A stretch of 64,000 nucleotides of DNA, taken from contig CAMZBI010000008.1 of NCBI GenBank assembly GCA_947304585.1, positions 2,649-66,648 of the forward strand, read 5' to 3'. The translations under genes were made by a program, and so were the position numbers. Below are positions 30,511-39,559 of this stretch, in pieces; position 1 is the stretch's first letter, and every line of letters begins with the position of its first letter. The notes beneath the pieces were generated by a model, which searched no databases, was not told the DNA's origin, and saw nothing but the letters and a program-made list of their open reading frames with translations. Origin of the DNA: an uncultured Clostridia bacterium. GTDB lineage: Bacteria > Bacillota > Clostridia > UBA1212.

Positions 30511-31389
30511 TTATTTTCCCAGCTGCTCCATAACTTTCCTTGTGATCTCGGCAATCAGCGCATCGTCCGAGCCCGCTGCTTCGCCTTTATGGGAACCGCA
30601 GTGGCCGCCGCAGTTGTGGCAGCTGGGTTTGCCGGCAAGGGTGTTGGGGCAGAGATTTGCGGGATGACGTCCGGGCATACCGAACTTTCTTCTGATCTCG
30701 TAGAGATCCTCGACCTGCTGGGGTGTGAACTCCTTGGGTCCGCCGAGCATCTTGCTCTGGTAGAGCAGCTGGGCATAGAACTCTGTGGATTCCATCTTGT
30801 AGTAAGCGTTCAGAAGTGTGTTGGAGTATGTGAGAGCGCCGTGGTTCTCAAGAAGAACGGCGTCAAAATACTGAACGTGCTCCGAAACGGCGTCCGGGAT
30901 CTCCTCTGTGGAGGGTCTGCCGTATTTTGCGATCGGAACGCAGCCTAGAGCTATAACAGCCTCAGGCATGATGGGCTGGGTCAGCGGAATTCCGGCAATT
31001 GCAAACGAGGTGGCGTACATAGGATGGGCGTGAACGACTGCATTGACGTCGGGTCTTTCCTTGTAAACTCTCATGTGCATCTTGATCTCGGACGAAGGCT
31101 TGAAGCCCGGATTTGCCTGGATGACTTTTCCGGTGGCGTCGACTTTGCAGATAAAGTCGGGTGTCATAAAGCCTTTGCTGACGCCGGTAGGTGTGCAGAG
31201 GAACTCATTGTCGTTCAGCTTAACGGAGATGTTTCCGTCATTGGCGGCGACCATGCCTCTGTCGTAGATCCTGCGGCCGATGTCGCATATCTCTTTTTTG
31301 ATCTCATACTCTGATTTCATTAAACTTGCCTCCCTGTATAAATACTGTTTTCTGTGTATATCTGCTTGCGCGGTTTTAATCCCGCTCAA
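30511..31389 (-). CDS. class II aldolase (L-fuculose/rhamnulose-1-phosphate aldolase-like) with C-terminal Cys/His cluster and encapsulation peptide
   Basis: Class II aldolase/adducin core (..NAVVHAHP..). C-terminus CPNTLAGKPSCHNCGGHCGSH followed by DALIAEITRKVMEQLGK. Confidence 0.75.
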   Translation of the reverse strand: MSGIKTAQADIHRKQYLYREASLMKSEYEIKKEICDIGRRIYDRGMVAANDGNISVKLNDNEFLCTPTGVSKGFMTPDFICKVDATGKVIQANPGFKPSSEIKMHMRVYKERPDVNAVVHAHPMYATSFAIAGIPLTQPIMPEAVIALGCVPIAKYGRPSTEEIPDAVSEHVQYFDAVLLENHGALTYSNTLLNAYYKMESTEFYAQLLYQSKMLGGPKEFTPQQVEDLYEIRRKFGMPGRHPANLCPNTLAGKPSCHNCGGHCGSHKGEAAGSDDALIAEITRKVMEQLGK

Positions 31390-31810
31390 GGTATTCCCTA
31401 ATTTTCTCTACGCCCTCGCCTGCCACCGAATCCACGAGGAAGATTTTGTTTGGCTCCACGCCCATTATGTCCATCCAGTTCAGCACCAGGGGGAGATTGG
31501 CATCGGGGTCGTTGATCTTCGTTATTATTCCGATCACGTCCCTGTTGCAGAAGGCGGTGCTGCCCGGATCGAAGAGGCAGTAGGTCTCATTGGCGGCAAT
31601 GAGGAACCCGACCACGTCTGCCTCGTATGTGTAAAGTCCAATGGCCCTTGCGAACTCTCTGCTCTGGATGTACTCGCCCGGAGTGTCGATGACGTCGTCA
31701 TCGTAGTTCACGTACTGGGTCTTGTGGTAGTGTATCTCCTCCCCGCGAAGCGCCTGGGTGAGAGTGGTTTTTCCGGCCTCGCTGCGGCCTATCAGAATGA
31801 TCTTTTTCAT
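31376..31810 (-). CDS. EutP/PduV-family GTPase
   Basis: P-loop GRSEAGKTTL. 144 aa, in a BMC locus. Confidence 0.75.
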   Translation of the reverse strand: MKKIILIGRSEAGKTTLTQALRGEEIHYHKTQYVNYDDDVIDTPGEYIQSREFARAIGLYTYEADVVGFLIAANETYCLFDPGSTAFCNRDVIGIITKINDPDANLPLVLNWMDIMGVEPNKIFLVDSVAGEGVEKIREYLERD

Positions 31811-31850
31811 CTTCTTTCAAAGCCTCCCGAAGTCTTTTCCCGCCGGCTCC

Positions 31851-32234
31851 TCACGTCTTGGTGATGGGCACGATGGTGAATTTCAGCGTGTCTCTTAAGT
31901 AGTCCACCACCGCGTGCACCGAGGCTTCCACCTCCGAGACCGTTCCCGTGAGGATCAGTGTTCCGCTGAACCTGTCCACGAAGCCAATGTCGGCTCCCGA
32001 GGCCTTCATTGCGATATCTCCGGCAATTATTGACGTTTCCGCGGGGGTCATCGTCATTATTCCGATGGAGGATTTCGAATAGTCAATGGCGGGATTAAGT
32101 CCCATCTTCCTGTAGAGCACCGGCTCCGGATTGGCAATGATGTGGGCCAGGGTCACCTGTTTTCCGGGAACAAGCTCCTGGACGATGCGCATCTTCTTAT
32201 CGTCTTCCTGCTGGATAAGTCCCTGAAGATCCAT
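31851..32234 (-). CDS. pduU: BMC shell protein PduU/EutS-like (permuted BMC-H)
   Basis: Start ATG 32234 (RBS GGAGG). QELVPGKQVTLAHIIANP...GFVDRFSGTLILTGTVSEVE..VPITKT aligns with PduU. Confidence 0.8.
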   Translation of the reverse strand: MDLQGLIQQEDDKKMRIVQELVPGKQVTLAHIIANPEPVLYRKMGLNPAIDYSKSSIGIMTMTPAETSIIAGDIAMKASGADIGFVDRFSGTLILTGTVSEVEASVHAVVDYLRDTLKFTIVPITKT

Positions 32235-32235
32235 A

Positions 32236-33027
32236 TCAGCCTCCGATCTGGCACTTGAGCCCGCTTCTCTTTGCGACCTCAAGCAGCGATTTCACGTAAT
32301 CCTGCGACATCGGTTCGATGCCGTCGAGGGCGTAGTCTCTGCCAAGCCCCGTGTATTTGTCCTGACCAAGTCTGTGGTAAGGCAGAAGGTGCAGTTCCTC
32401 AACTCCCGGTAATGTGGCGGCAAATCTTGCGATCCTGTCAATTTCTTCCGGGGTGTTGTTGAAGGTCGGAATGACCGGAACCCTTATGATCAGGTGTGTT
32501 CCGCTCTTTGCTACCTTCATTGCATTTTCGAGGATCCTGTCGTTCCTCTTTCCGGTGAACTGCTCGTGCTTTACCGGATCCATGTGCTTGATGTCCATCA
32601 GGTAGGTGTCCAGGTAGGGGAGCAGTTTCTCTATGTTTTCGTAAGGAAGGGTGGCGGCGGATTCAATGGCTGTTGTGATGCCGTTCTCCTTGGCGGCTCT
32701 GAGCAGTGCGGCGGCGAAATCCGGCTGGCAGAGGCACTCTCCTCCGGAAAGGGTGAGCCCTCCTCCGGAATTTCTGTAGTAGTCCCCGTCCTTCATGACT
32801 TCTTCCATGACTTCTTTGACGGTTACGTCCCTGCCGATTATTTTTTTCTTGCCCGCCACCGTCATCTCCTGGATGTCGAATTCCTGGGACTCCGGGTTGC
32901 AGCACCATCTGCACCTCAGAACGCAGCCTTTCAGGAACACAATGGTTCTGATCCCCGGCCCGTCGTGTATTGAGTACCTCTGGATGTCGAATATCCTTCC
33001 GGTCTTGAGCATGTAATCCTGTTCCAT
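32236..33027 (-). CDS. glycyl-radical enzyme activating enzyme (radical SAM)
   Basis: CVLRCRWCCNPES radical-SAM cluster motif. 263 aa, immediately downstream of the GRE. Confidence 0.85.
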   Translation of the reverse strand: MEQDYMLKTGRIFDIQRYSIHDGPGIRTIVFLKGCVLRCRWCCNPESQEFDIQEMTVAGKKKIIGRDVTVKEVMEEVMKDGDYYRNSGGGLTLSGGECLCQPDFAAALLRAAKENGITTAIESAATLPYENIEKLLPYLDTYLMDIKHMDPVKHEQFTGKRNDRILENAMKVAKSGTHLIIRVPVIPTFNNTPEEIDRIARFAATLPGVEELHLLPYHRLGQDKYTGLGRDYALDGIEPMSQDYVKSLLEVAKRSGLKCQIGG

Positions 33028-33137
33028 AGATTTTTTCCGCGTTCCCGTCTTTACCGTCCGGGTCCTTCAATCTGAAATACCCGGTATACCTTGCTTTTCA
33101 GCGCCAATAGCTTCTTCTCTCGACGCCAATTGCTTTC

Positions 33138-35666
33138 TCAGAAAGTGTTGGCCTGGGTCGTTCTTGAGATGATGTCATCCTGGAGTGACCTTGAGAGAGT
33201 GGTGAACAGAGCGCTGTAGCCTGCGACTCTTACCACCAGCGTCTTGTATTTGTCCGGATTCTTCTGGGCGTCAAGGAGCGTCTCCCGGCTTACCACGTTG
33301 AACTGGACGTGCATGCCTTTCCTCGAGAAGTAGGTTCTGAGGTAGGTGATGAAGTTGTCGATTCCCTTTGCGCCAACGAGAGCGGAGGGGTGGAACTTTT
33401 GGTTGTAAAGGGTGCCGTTGGAGGCGATCATGTGATCGATCTTGGCGGTGGAGTTGGCGGCTGCCGTGGGACCCAGTTTGTCTCTTCCCTGAGCAGGGCC
33501 TATACCGTCGGCAATGGGCTGTCCGGAGAGTCTTCCGTCCGGGGTGGCGCCTGCCTGTTTTCCGAGAGGAACGTTGGCGGATACCGGGTAGAGACCTGCC
33601 TGGAACATGCCGCCTCTCGGGTTCTTGAACGTCTCAAGAGGTCTTGTGTAAGTGTAGGCCACGTCTCTTGCAAAATAGTCAACCTCGTCGATGTCGTTGC
33701 CGTACTTTGGAAGTGCCTCGATGTCCTCGAGCATCTGCTCGTAGTATTTGATCCTGTCGGGGGAGAGTTTCTTCGAGGCGACAACGCTCTCATAGACCGC
33801 TCTTACGACCTCAGGAGTGATCTCCCGGCCGTCGACCTTGAGATTTGCGCAGACAGCTTTCACCATGTGCTCGGCGTCAAGAGCTGTAAGGCCTTTTCCA
33901 AAGTTGTCCGAAAGGGCCTGCTTGAAGTCTGCCATGGTGTATTTTTTCTGCTCGAATACCAGCTTTTTGATGGCGAACAGTCCGTCGGCCACATTGGCAA
34001 TGCCAAAGCCCTGAGGACCCGAGAAGTTGTAGATCGCTCCGCCCTCTTCCATGCAGAGGCCTTTTTCGAAGCAGCCGTCAATGAGACATGACTCAAAGGG
34101 CAGCGGGCTCCTCTGGGCGTGGGCGTAGTCAATGGCATTGATCGCATTGACCATCAGCGCGATGGAGGTGGTCATCTGCTTCTTGTATGCCTCGTAGACT
34201 TCCTCGAAGGATGTCATTTTCGTCACGTCGCCGGTCTCAAGAGTAACCAGCTCACCGTCCTCGTAGCCGTTCGTAAACGTGAGTTCCAGGGGCCGGAGCA
34301 TGTTGAAGAAAGCGGCGTCGTGCCATCCGTCGGTCTTTCCGGGTACCTGGGGCTCAACGCAGCCGATAATATTGTATTCACGGGCCTCTTCCAGAGGAAT
34401 GCCTCTGTTCATGAGAGCCGGGATAATAACTTCATCGTTGTAGTAAGCGGGAAGACCGATGCCCGTGCGGGTCAGTTCCACTGCCTTTACCATGATCTCA
34501 TGGGGTGTACCGTTCCAGACTCTGATGGAGAGTGAAGGCATGGGAAGTCCGGTGTGCATGGAAGCTTCTATGCACATGGAGGAAAGGTCATTGGTCACGT
34601 CACGGCCGTTTTTATCCTGTCCGCTTACGATCAGGTTCTGGAAAAGGCTGTAGCCCGCAAAGCCCTCTGCAGATGCGGCGTCCCTGCACTTGTTGAGATC
34701 GTTGAGTTTGATCCAGATGCAGTCTAAGAGTTCCTGTGCGCTTTCCCTTGTCATGATGCCCGCGTCAAGATCCTTTTTGTAATAAGGATACATATACTGG
34801 TCGAACCGTCCCGGAGAAATTGAGTGTCCGCTGGACTCCACCTGGAGCAGTTGCTGCACAAACCAGAAGGACTGGCAGGCCTCGTAGAAAGAGCGGGCCG
34901 GCTTTTCGGGAACGTTTCTGCACACCTCGGCGATCTTGAGAAGTTCATTTCTTCTCGCGCCGGATGCGGAACCTGCCATTTTCTCCGCCAGGTCGGCATA
35001 TCTGTGGGCGTAACTGATAACGGCCTTGCAGCTTCTGATCACAGCCTCGTAGAATATTCTGCGTTTGCAGGCGTCCTCTTTACCGACGCAAAGCTCTTTA
35101 ATGCATTTTTCGGCCCTTGCGATGATCCCCTCAAGGCCCTCGCCAAGTACGGTCCAGTATTTGCAGGTGTAATGTCCTATACCGTTGTAGAAATAGTTTC
35201 CGGGGGTGAAGATATTGTGATTGATCGCCCTCAAAGCCCTGGGGTCCATGTAGGCCGTGGCCAGCTCGCTGGTGGTTCTGTTCTTCCAGTACTTGTTAGC
35301 TTCTTTCAGCCTCTTCTTCGTGTCGTCTTTAATATTGAAAGGATCGGCAAGCCTGTCCGCCACAGTCTCGAACTCCGCCTCAAGCCACTCATAGGAATAC
35401 TCAGGGTATGTCTGGCAGCCTCTCATCTGGAGGGTTGTGGAACCGACGATCAGTTCGTCATCCCTGATGATGATGGGAATACCCGCCAATATATGCTCAA
35501 ACGCCCTGGATTTTCTCTCCACCTCGGGCATGTTTTCGGTGCTCTTGTAGGACTCGGTGAGAAGTTCGGCTCTTGCTGCCTCTATTTCGGGCTTTGCCTT
35601 GTAAAAGGCGTCAAGCAGTCTCTCGATTCTCTCAGTTCTCTTGATCGGGCTGGTGTCAAAATTCAT
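33138..35666 (-). CDS. glycyl radical enzyme, B12-independent diol (1,2-propanediol/glycerol) dehydratase type
   Basis: 842 aa. C-terminal glycyl radical motif VVRVAGYSALF. Active-site Cys loop IIGCVEPQVPGK matches B12-independent glycerol/propanediol dehydratases. Confidence 0.8.
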   Translation of the reverse strand: MNFDTSPIKRTERIERLLDAFYKAKPEIEAARAELLTESYKSTENMPEVERKSRAFEHILAGIPIIIRDDELIVGSTTLQMRGCQTYPEYSYEWLEAEFETVADRLADPFNIKDDTKKRLKEANKYWKNRTTSELATAYMDPRALRAINHNIFTPGNYFYNGIGHYTCKYWTVLGEGLEGIIARAEKCIKELCVGKEDACKRRIFYEAVIRSCKAVISYAHRYADLAEKMAGSASGARRNELLKIAEVCRNVPEKPARSFYEACQSFWFVQQLLQVESSGHSISPGRFDQYMYPYYKKDLDAGIMTRESAQELLDCIWIKLNDLNKCRDAASAEGFAGYSLFQNLIVSGQDKNGRDVTNDLSSMCIEASMHTGLPMPSLSIRVWNGTPHEIMVKAVELTRTGIGLPAYYNDEVIIPALMNRGIPLEEAREYNIIGCVEPQVPGKTDGWHDAAFFNMLRPLELTFTNGYEDGELVTLETGDVTKMTSFEEVYEAYKKQMTTSIALMVNAINAIDYAHAQRSPLPFESCLIDGCFEKGLCMEEGGAIYNFSGPQGFGIANVADGLFAIKKLVFEQKKYTMADFKQALSDNFGKGLTALDAEHMVKAVCANLKVDGREITPEVVRAVYESVVASKKLSPDRIKYYEQMLEDIEALPKYGNDIDEVDYFARDVAYTYTRPLETFKNPRGGMFQAGLYPVSANVPLGKQAGATPDGRLSGQPIADGIGPAQGRDKLGPTAAANSTAKIDHMIASNGTLYNQKFHPSALVGAKGIDNFITYLRTYFSRKGMHVQFNVVSRETLLDAQKNPDKYKTLVVRVAGYSALFTTLSRSLQDDIISRTTQANTF

Positions 35667-35819
35667 TTTTATCCCTCCGGCGGCTTTAAGTCAGCGTTTT
35701 CCCTGTTCCAAACTTTTACGGTACAGCGGTCCGTATGTCTGTATTTACTTGTTATCTGTGCAAATTTTTATCCGTGAGAAGTCTCCCGCGAAAATTCGCC
35801 TATTATCGAGACTACATAT

Positions 35820-35848
35820 AGTATAACATACCCGCCAATGCCTTTCAA
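35820..35848 (-). promoter_or_regulatory. candidate sigma-A-type promoter of the GRM operon (TTGAAA-17-TATACT)
   Basis: Minus-strand reading gives TTGAAAggcattggcgggtatgtTATACT, about 155 nt upstream of the GRE ATG (RBS GGAGGG). Confidence 0.4.
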
Positions 35849-36034
35849 CCGAATTCTGATGTTTTTTGTTGATTTCACTATTTTTATAGCATTTTTTATG
35901 TTTGTTTATGTTGACTTCACACTCAAAACGCACAAATCCAACAACAAAAACCCACAATCAGTGGATTTCAGCACGGTGCAAACATGACACAAAGCAAAAA
36001 CGCCGGACACAACAGGTTGTTTCGGCGGTTTTGC

Positions 36035-36062
36035 AGTGAACAGTGAGCAGTCAACAGTTGCC
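36035..36062 (+). repeat. tandem heptamer repeat, 4 units (AGTGAAC AGTGAGC AGTCAAC AGTTGCC)
   Basis: Read directly. Same AGTNANC family as at 27243 and 46664-46840. Confidence 0.75.
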
Positions 36063-36121
36063 GGGCGCTGATGCGCGATTGCTGCACTAAGTGCTGAACT
36101 GCACTTGCTGAGAAAAGCAAA

Positions 36122-36234
36122 TGCGGCGCCTTCAATAAAACAGCGCCGCACCTAAACTATTCACTGCGCCGAAGGCGCATCACTTGCGGCACAGCCGCAC
36201 TCACTCGCGCCACAGGCGCGCTCACTCTTCACTG
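36122..36234. repeat. array of GC-rich hairpins: one 7-bp stem plus three tandem ~20-nt units (TCACT + 5-6 bp stem, 4-nt loop)
   Basis: tgcggcg(N15)cgccgca; then TCACTgcgccGAAGgcgca, TCACTtgcggcACAGccgca, CTCACTcgcgccACAGgcgcg, CTCACTCTTCACTG. The stems differ between units but keep their pairing. TCACT is the complement of the heptamer core AGTGA. Confidence 0.7.
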
Positions 36235-36235
36235 A

Positions 36236-37898
36236 TATGTAATGACCGTTGTCAAGCAGTATTTAACATAAGTCACCACATTTTCTATTCTATTCGTCCG
36301 AAGGCTTCATGAAAGAGCTTTAGGGTATCTGTCTCCGGCATTGACCACTCTGATATACGTGGATTCGGGAATGATTTTCCTTACCTACAGGTCAATGGTC
36401 CGCCGTGAGCTCTACCCTCTAATTTCGTGGATCACAAAAAGTGCCAACATAGTGAACTCGTAGATAGCTCAAACCTTGAAGAGCCTAAAGCTCTCTCAAG
36501 GAGCCTTCGGATATTACCAACAATCAATTATCTGCCGCCGTCGCAAACGGCGCAAGCCGGCTTACGACGGCATATATGTTCAGTATCACTTCGGGACGGT
36601 TGTGTCAAGGCTGCGAAGCACCGCGTTGCGGCTTGGCCTTTACACGACCGGAACGCAGTGATACTCATGCTGTTGCTCCGGTAAGCATACCCCATATGAA
36701 GCATGCCAGTTCCCGTGCAATTGCTACTTTCGCTACGTTCGAATTCTTGTTTTCCTTCAGTACCAGCCGATAGTACTTCCTGCGTAATCGATCGTTTGCC
36801 CGATCCGCATACGAAATCACTTGTGTCGAAACGCCTTCCTGCCTGGCTTTTAACGCTTTCGATTTAAACCCGATCTTACCCCGGCAGTAACTTTGTGCTG
36901 CTTCGACCAAAAGACATCGTACATTGACATTTCCTGCTTTCGTGATACCAAGATAATTCTTATCGCCTCCGCTCGAGTCTTCCCCGGGCGTAAGTCCGAT
37001 GTATGATGCGAAGTTCTCTGCTGTAGCAAATCGCTTGAAGTCACCAATTTCGGTGAGCACTGTTAAAGCAGTCAAGGTTTTGATTCCCATAAAGCACGAA
37101 AGATTCTTAACATCATCTGCATAAGGTTCAACAGATGCAAATGCTTCGATTTGCTTTTCGGTTCGTTCTAAGACATCAATGTAGTAGTTGTATGTTGCAA
37201 GATATTCTTGAAGTATATCCGCATACAATCCCGGCAGTCTCAACTCTCTAAGCCATTTTAAATGACCTTGAGTCCAGTTACCTTTTGTTCCATCATATAT
37301 GCAACCATGACGTAGACAAAATGAAAGTATCTGCTGCTTCAATTCTTTCAATTTTTGTTTGTAATCCGACCTCATCCGGAGATATTCTTTAACCTGTTCG
37401 TCTTGTTCGGTTGGAATATATACCGGGGAGTAGTCATGGTGAGCCAGACATCTCGCAATAAGTGCTGCGTCACGTTTATCGGTTTTCACCCTCTTTCTGC
37501 CTTTCTGTTGAAGCATGGTTGTTGGTGCAAGGATCACACATTCGACATTGTGTGCCATAAGTTGTTTGTACAATGTATACCCTAAACACCCTGCCTCATA
37601 TCCGCATATGAATAATGCATTTCTCCCATAATGGAACCGCATCGCCTCAATGTAGTTTAGAACTTTGCTGTAGTGGGCCTCAGTTCTTTGAGGATATTCA
37701 GCAGTTTCCTTCTCATTTGTGTAACAACAAAGAGAAAAACTCTCTTTATGTACATCCATTCCTACGTAAATTGTGCTATAATTCATATTGATGACCTCCA
37801 TTTGTATGCGGTAACTCCTGTCACCACTTTTTGTTTTTGGATCTATAGTATACAGGTAAATCCACGAGACTACAAATCCGGAGGTCATTACATATTGT
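36236..37898 (-). mobile_element. IS110-family insertion sequence (boundaries approximate)
   Basis: Contains an IS110-type (DEDD) transposase gene. The segment has lower GC than its flanks. No terminal inverted repeats, as expected for IS110. Confidence 0.55.
36665..37786 (-). CDS. IS110-family transposase
   Basis: MNYSTIYVGMDVHKESFSLCCY..(DEDD N-terminal domain)...GLTPGEDSSGGDKNYLGITKAGN (C-terminal IS110 motif). Start trimmed to ATG 37786 with RBS GGAGGT. Confidence 0.85.
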   Translation of the reverse strand: MNYSTIYVGMDVHKESFSLCCYTNEKETAEYPQRTEAHYSKVLNYIEAMRFHYGRNALFICGYEAGCLGYTLYKQLMAHNVECVILAPTTMLQQKGRKRVKTDKRDAALIARCLAHHDYSPVYIPTEQDEQVKEYLRMRSDYKQKLKELKQQILSFCLRHGCIYDGTKGNWTQGHLKWLRELRLPGLYADILQEYLATYNYYIDVLERTEKQIEAFASVEPYADDVKNLSCFMGIKTLTALTVLTEIGDFKRFATAENFASYIGLTPGEDSSGGDKNYLGITKAGNVNVRCLLVEAAQSYCRGKIGFKSKALKARQEGVSTQVISYADRANDRLRRKYYRLVLKENKNSNVAKVAIARELACFIWGMLTGATA

Positions 37899-39254
37899 CT
37901 AAATAATCACACTCTCGATTCCCAGCATCTCATTGGCCTTGGCGATCTTCCCGCTCTGGTCTCCGTAAACAAGGGCCCAGTGTCTGCCCTCATAGTTCTC
38001 GGCCAGTTTCTTTATTCCGCCGGGCACGTCGATTACCACCTGGGTGCGGCAGGAGGGGAAGGCGGTGTTTCTGATGAGGTTGCCCCGGACGATGACCATT
38101 CTGTCCAGTTTGTCGTGGGAGATGCCTGTGACCGTTACCGGGCCGGGCTGTTTCAGCACCTGGAGGCCGCAGGGGAGAGTCCGCATTTCGAAGTATGCAT
38201 AGGTGTTGAACTCGTCCTTCTCGTCGGTTTCATAGCTGCGGCGTGTTGGCGACGTGCAGTGGGAGACGAACAGTTTGTTGTCCATCGGGAAGAGATATGG
38301 GTTCAGCATGAACGAAGGCTCGTTTGAGGCATAGGATGTGATGAGCATGTCCATCAGAGTGGTAGCGTCCGCCTCGCAGGCTGCAATAATGCCCTCGTCG
38401 TTGAGACGTGAAAGAGCGAAGCAGGAGGTGGTGTGGCAGGATGTGTGGACAGTGGACTCAAGGCAGTTTACAGTGAAGGCGTTGACGCCGTAGGCTTCGA
38501 TCAGTTTTCTGTACACCTTGTGGGCCTTCTGGCAGTCTGCGGCGGAGTATTCCTTGGGGAGCCGGTCGTTCTTGGCAATGCTCCTGATATAGTCAGGATC
38601 GCCCTCCCCGCAGGCCTCGTATTCCTTGATGAACCGGTCCTTGCCCATGTGGTACCACTTGATGCCGAACTTGTCCTGGATGAGGCGGATGATCTCGTAG
38701 CCCCAGTTGAAGCTGTGGTAGGGTTCGTACATTGCCTCGCCAATGCAGAGCACCGAGGTGTTGTTGATCTTGTAACGGACCTGAAGGGCGGCCAACGTGT
38801 CGGTAAAGTCCTGCTCGCTCTCCGCCAGGAACACGTCAGGCTTTATGCACATGTAGGCGTCGATCTTCCGAACGTCTCTCATAAAATAGGGATAAAAGAC
38901 GTTGCCGTAGGACCAGACGTCCTCGTAGGGGGCGGTGTAGATAACGATCGGCCTGTTCTTGGAGTGGAGGACCGCGAAGACCTTGTCGATGGCGTTAAAA
39001 GGCATAAGGACATAGGCGTCCGCCTCTTCAACGTCAAGTGCATCGCTCTCGGAGTCCACTTCCGCCGCGAACCAGTCTATACCCTGAGGCAGAAGTCCGG
39101 ATATTATCTTTTCATACTTTTTCTTGAACGAAACGTCGGTTACGTAGTTCAGTTTTTCGGGATCGCTGAGGTCCAGATCTCTGACTTTTTTCTCCTCCGG
39201 TGTGGGGGTGTATATCTTTCCGACAAAAATGATGCCAACTCTCATGTTTTTCAT
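37899..39254 (-). CDS. sugar isomerase, L-fucose/L-arabinose isomerase superfamily
   Basis: 452 aa from ATG 39254 (MKNMRVGIIFVGK). C-terminal ..EGRHWALVYGDQSGKIAKANEMLGIE resembles the FucI/AraA C-terminal domain. Family assignment is tentative. Confidence 0.4.
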   Translation of the reverse strand: MKNMRVGIIFVGKIYTPTPEEKKVRDLDLSDPEKLNYVTDVSFKKKYEKIISGLLPQGIDWFAAEVDSESDALDVEEADAYVLMPFNAIDKVFAVLHSKNRPIVIYTAPYEDVWSYGNVFYPYFMRDVRKIDAYMCIKPDVFLAESEQDFTDTLAALQVRYKINNTSVLCIGEAMYEPYHSFNWGYEIIRLIQDKFGIKWYHMGKDRFIKEYEACGEGDPDYIRSIAKNDRLPKEYSAADCQKAHKVYRKLIEAYGVNAFTVNCLESTVHTSCHTTSCFALSRLNDEGIIAACEADATTLMDMLITSYASNEPSFMLNPYLFPMDNKLFVSHCTSPTRRSYETDEKDEFNTYAYFEMRTLPCGLQVLKQPGPVTVTGISHDKLDRMVIVRGNLIRNTAFPSCRTQVVIDVPGGIKKLAENYEGRHWALVYGDQSGKIAKANEMLGIESVII

Positions 39255-39559
39255 AGTAATCGCTCCTGACGAAATATTTCCGCAAGTCTGCGGCAGTGTT
39301 ATTTTCGCCAATATCCCCCTCCTTCACAATGGGCAATTCTGCCCTTCTTGTTGGGGTATTCTGCTCTGTCTCTTTCATCGATCCGGTGACGCACCTCATT
39401 TTTTCTTCAAAACCGTTGATTGGCCTCTAAAATAGGGTTATAATCAGCCCGGGTCTCTGTTTTGGCAGATTCCCTTAGAGTATTAGTTCACGATTGCCCA
39501 ACAGGCTCAGGTGCATTGGCGGCGATTCAGGGGTCTGTTTTTAAACACGGAGTTTGATC

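Noticed and set aside
35906-36151. 81-aa minus-strand ORF across the hairpin/heptamer region
   Set aside because: It is translated from repeat and palindrome sequence, has no RBS, and the region is better explained as non-coding structured DNA/RNA.
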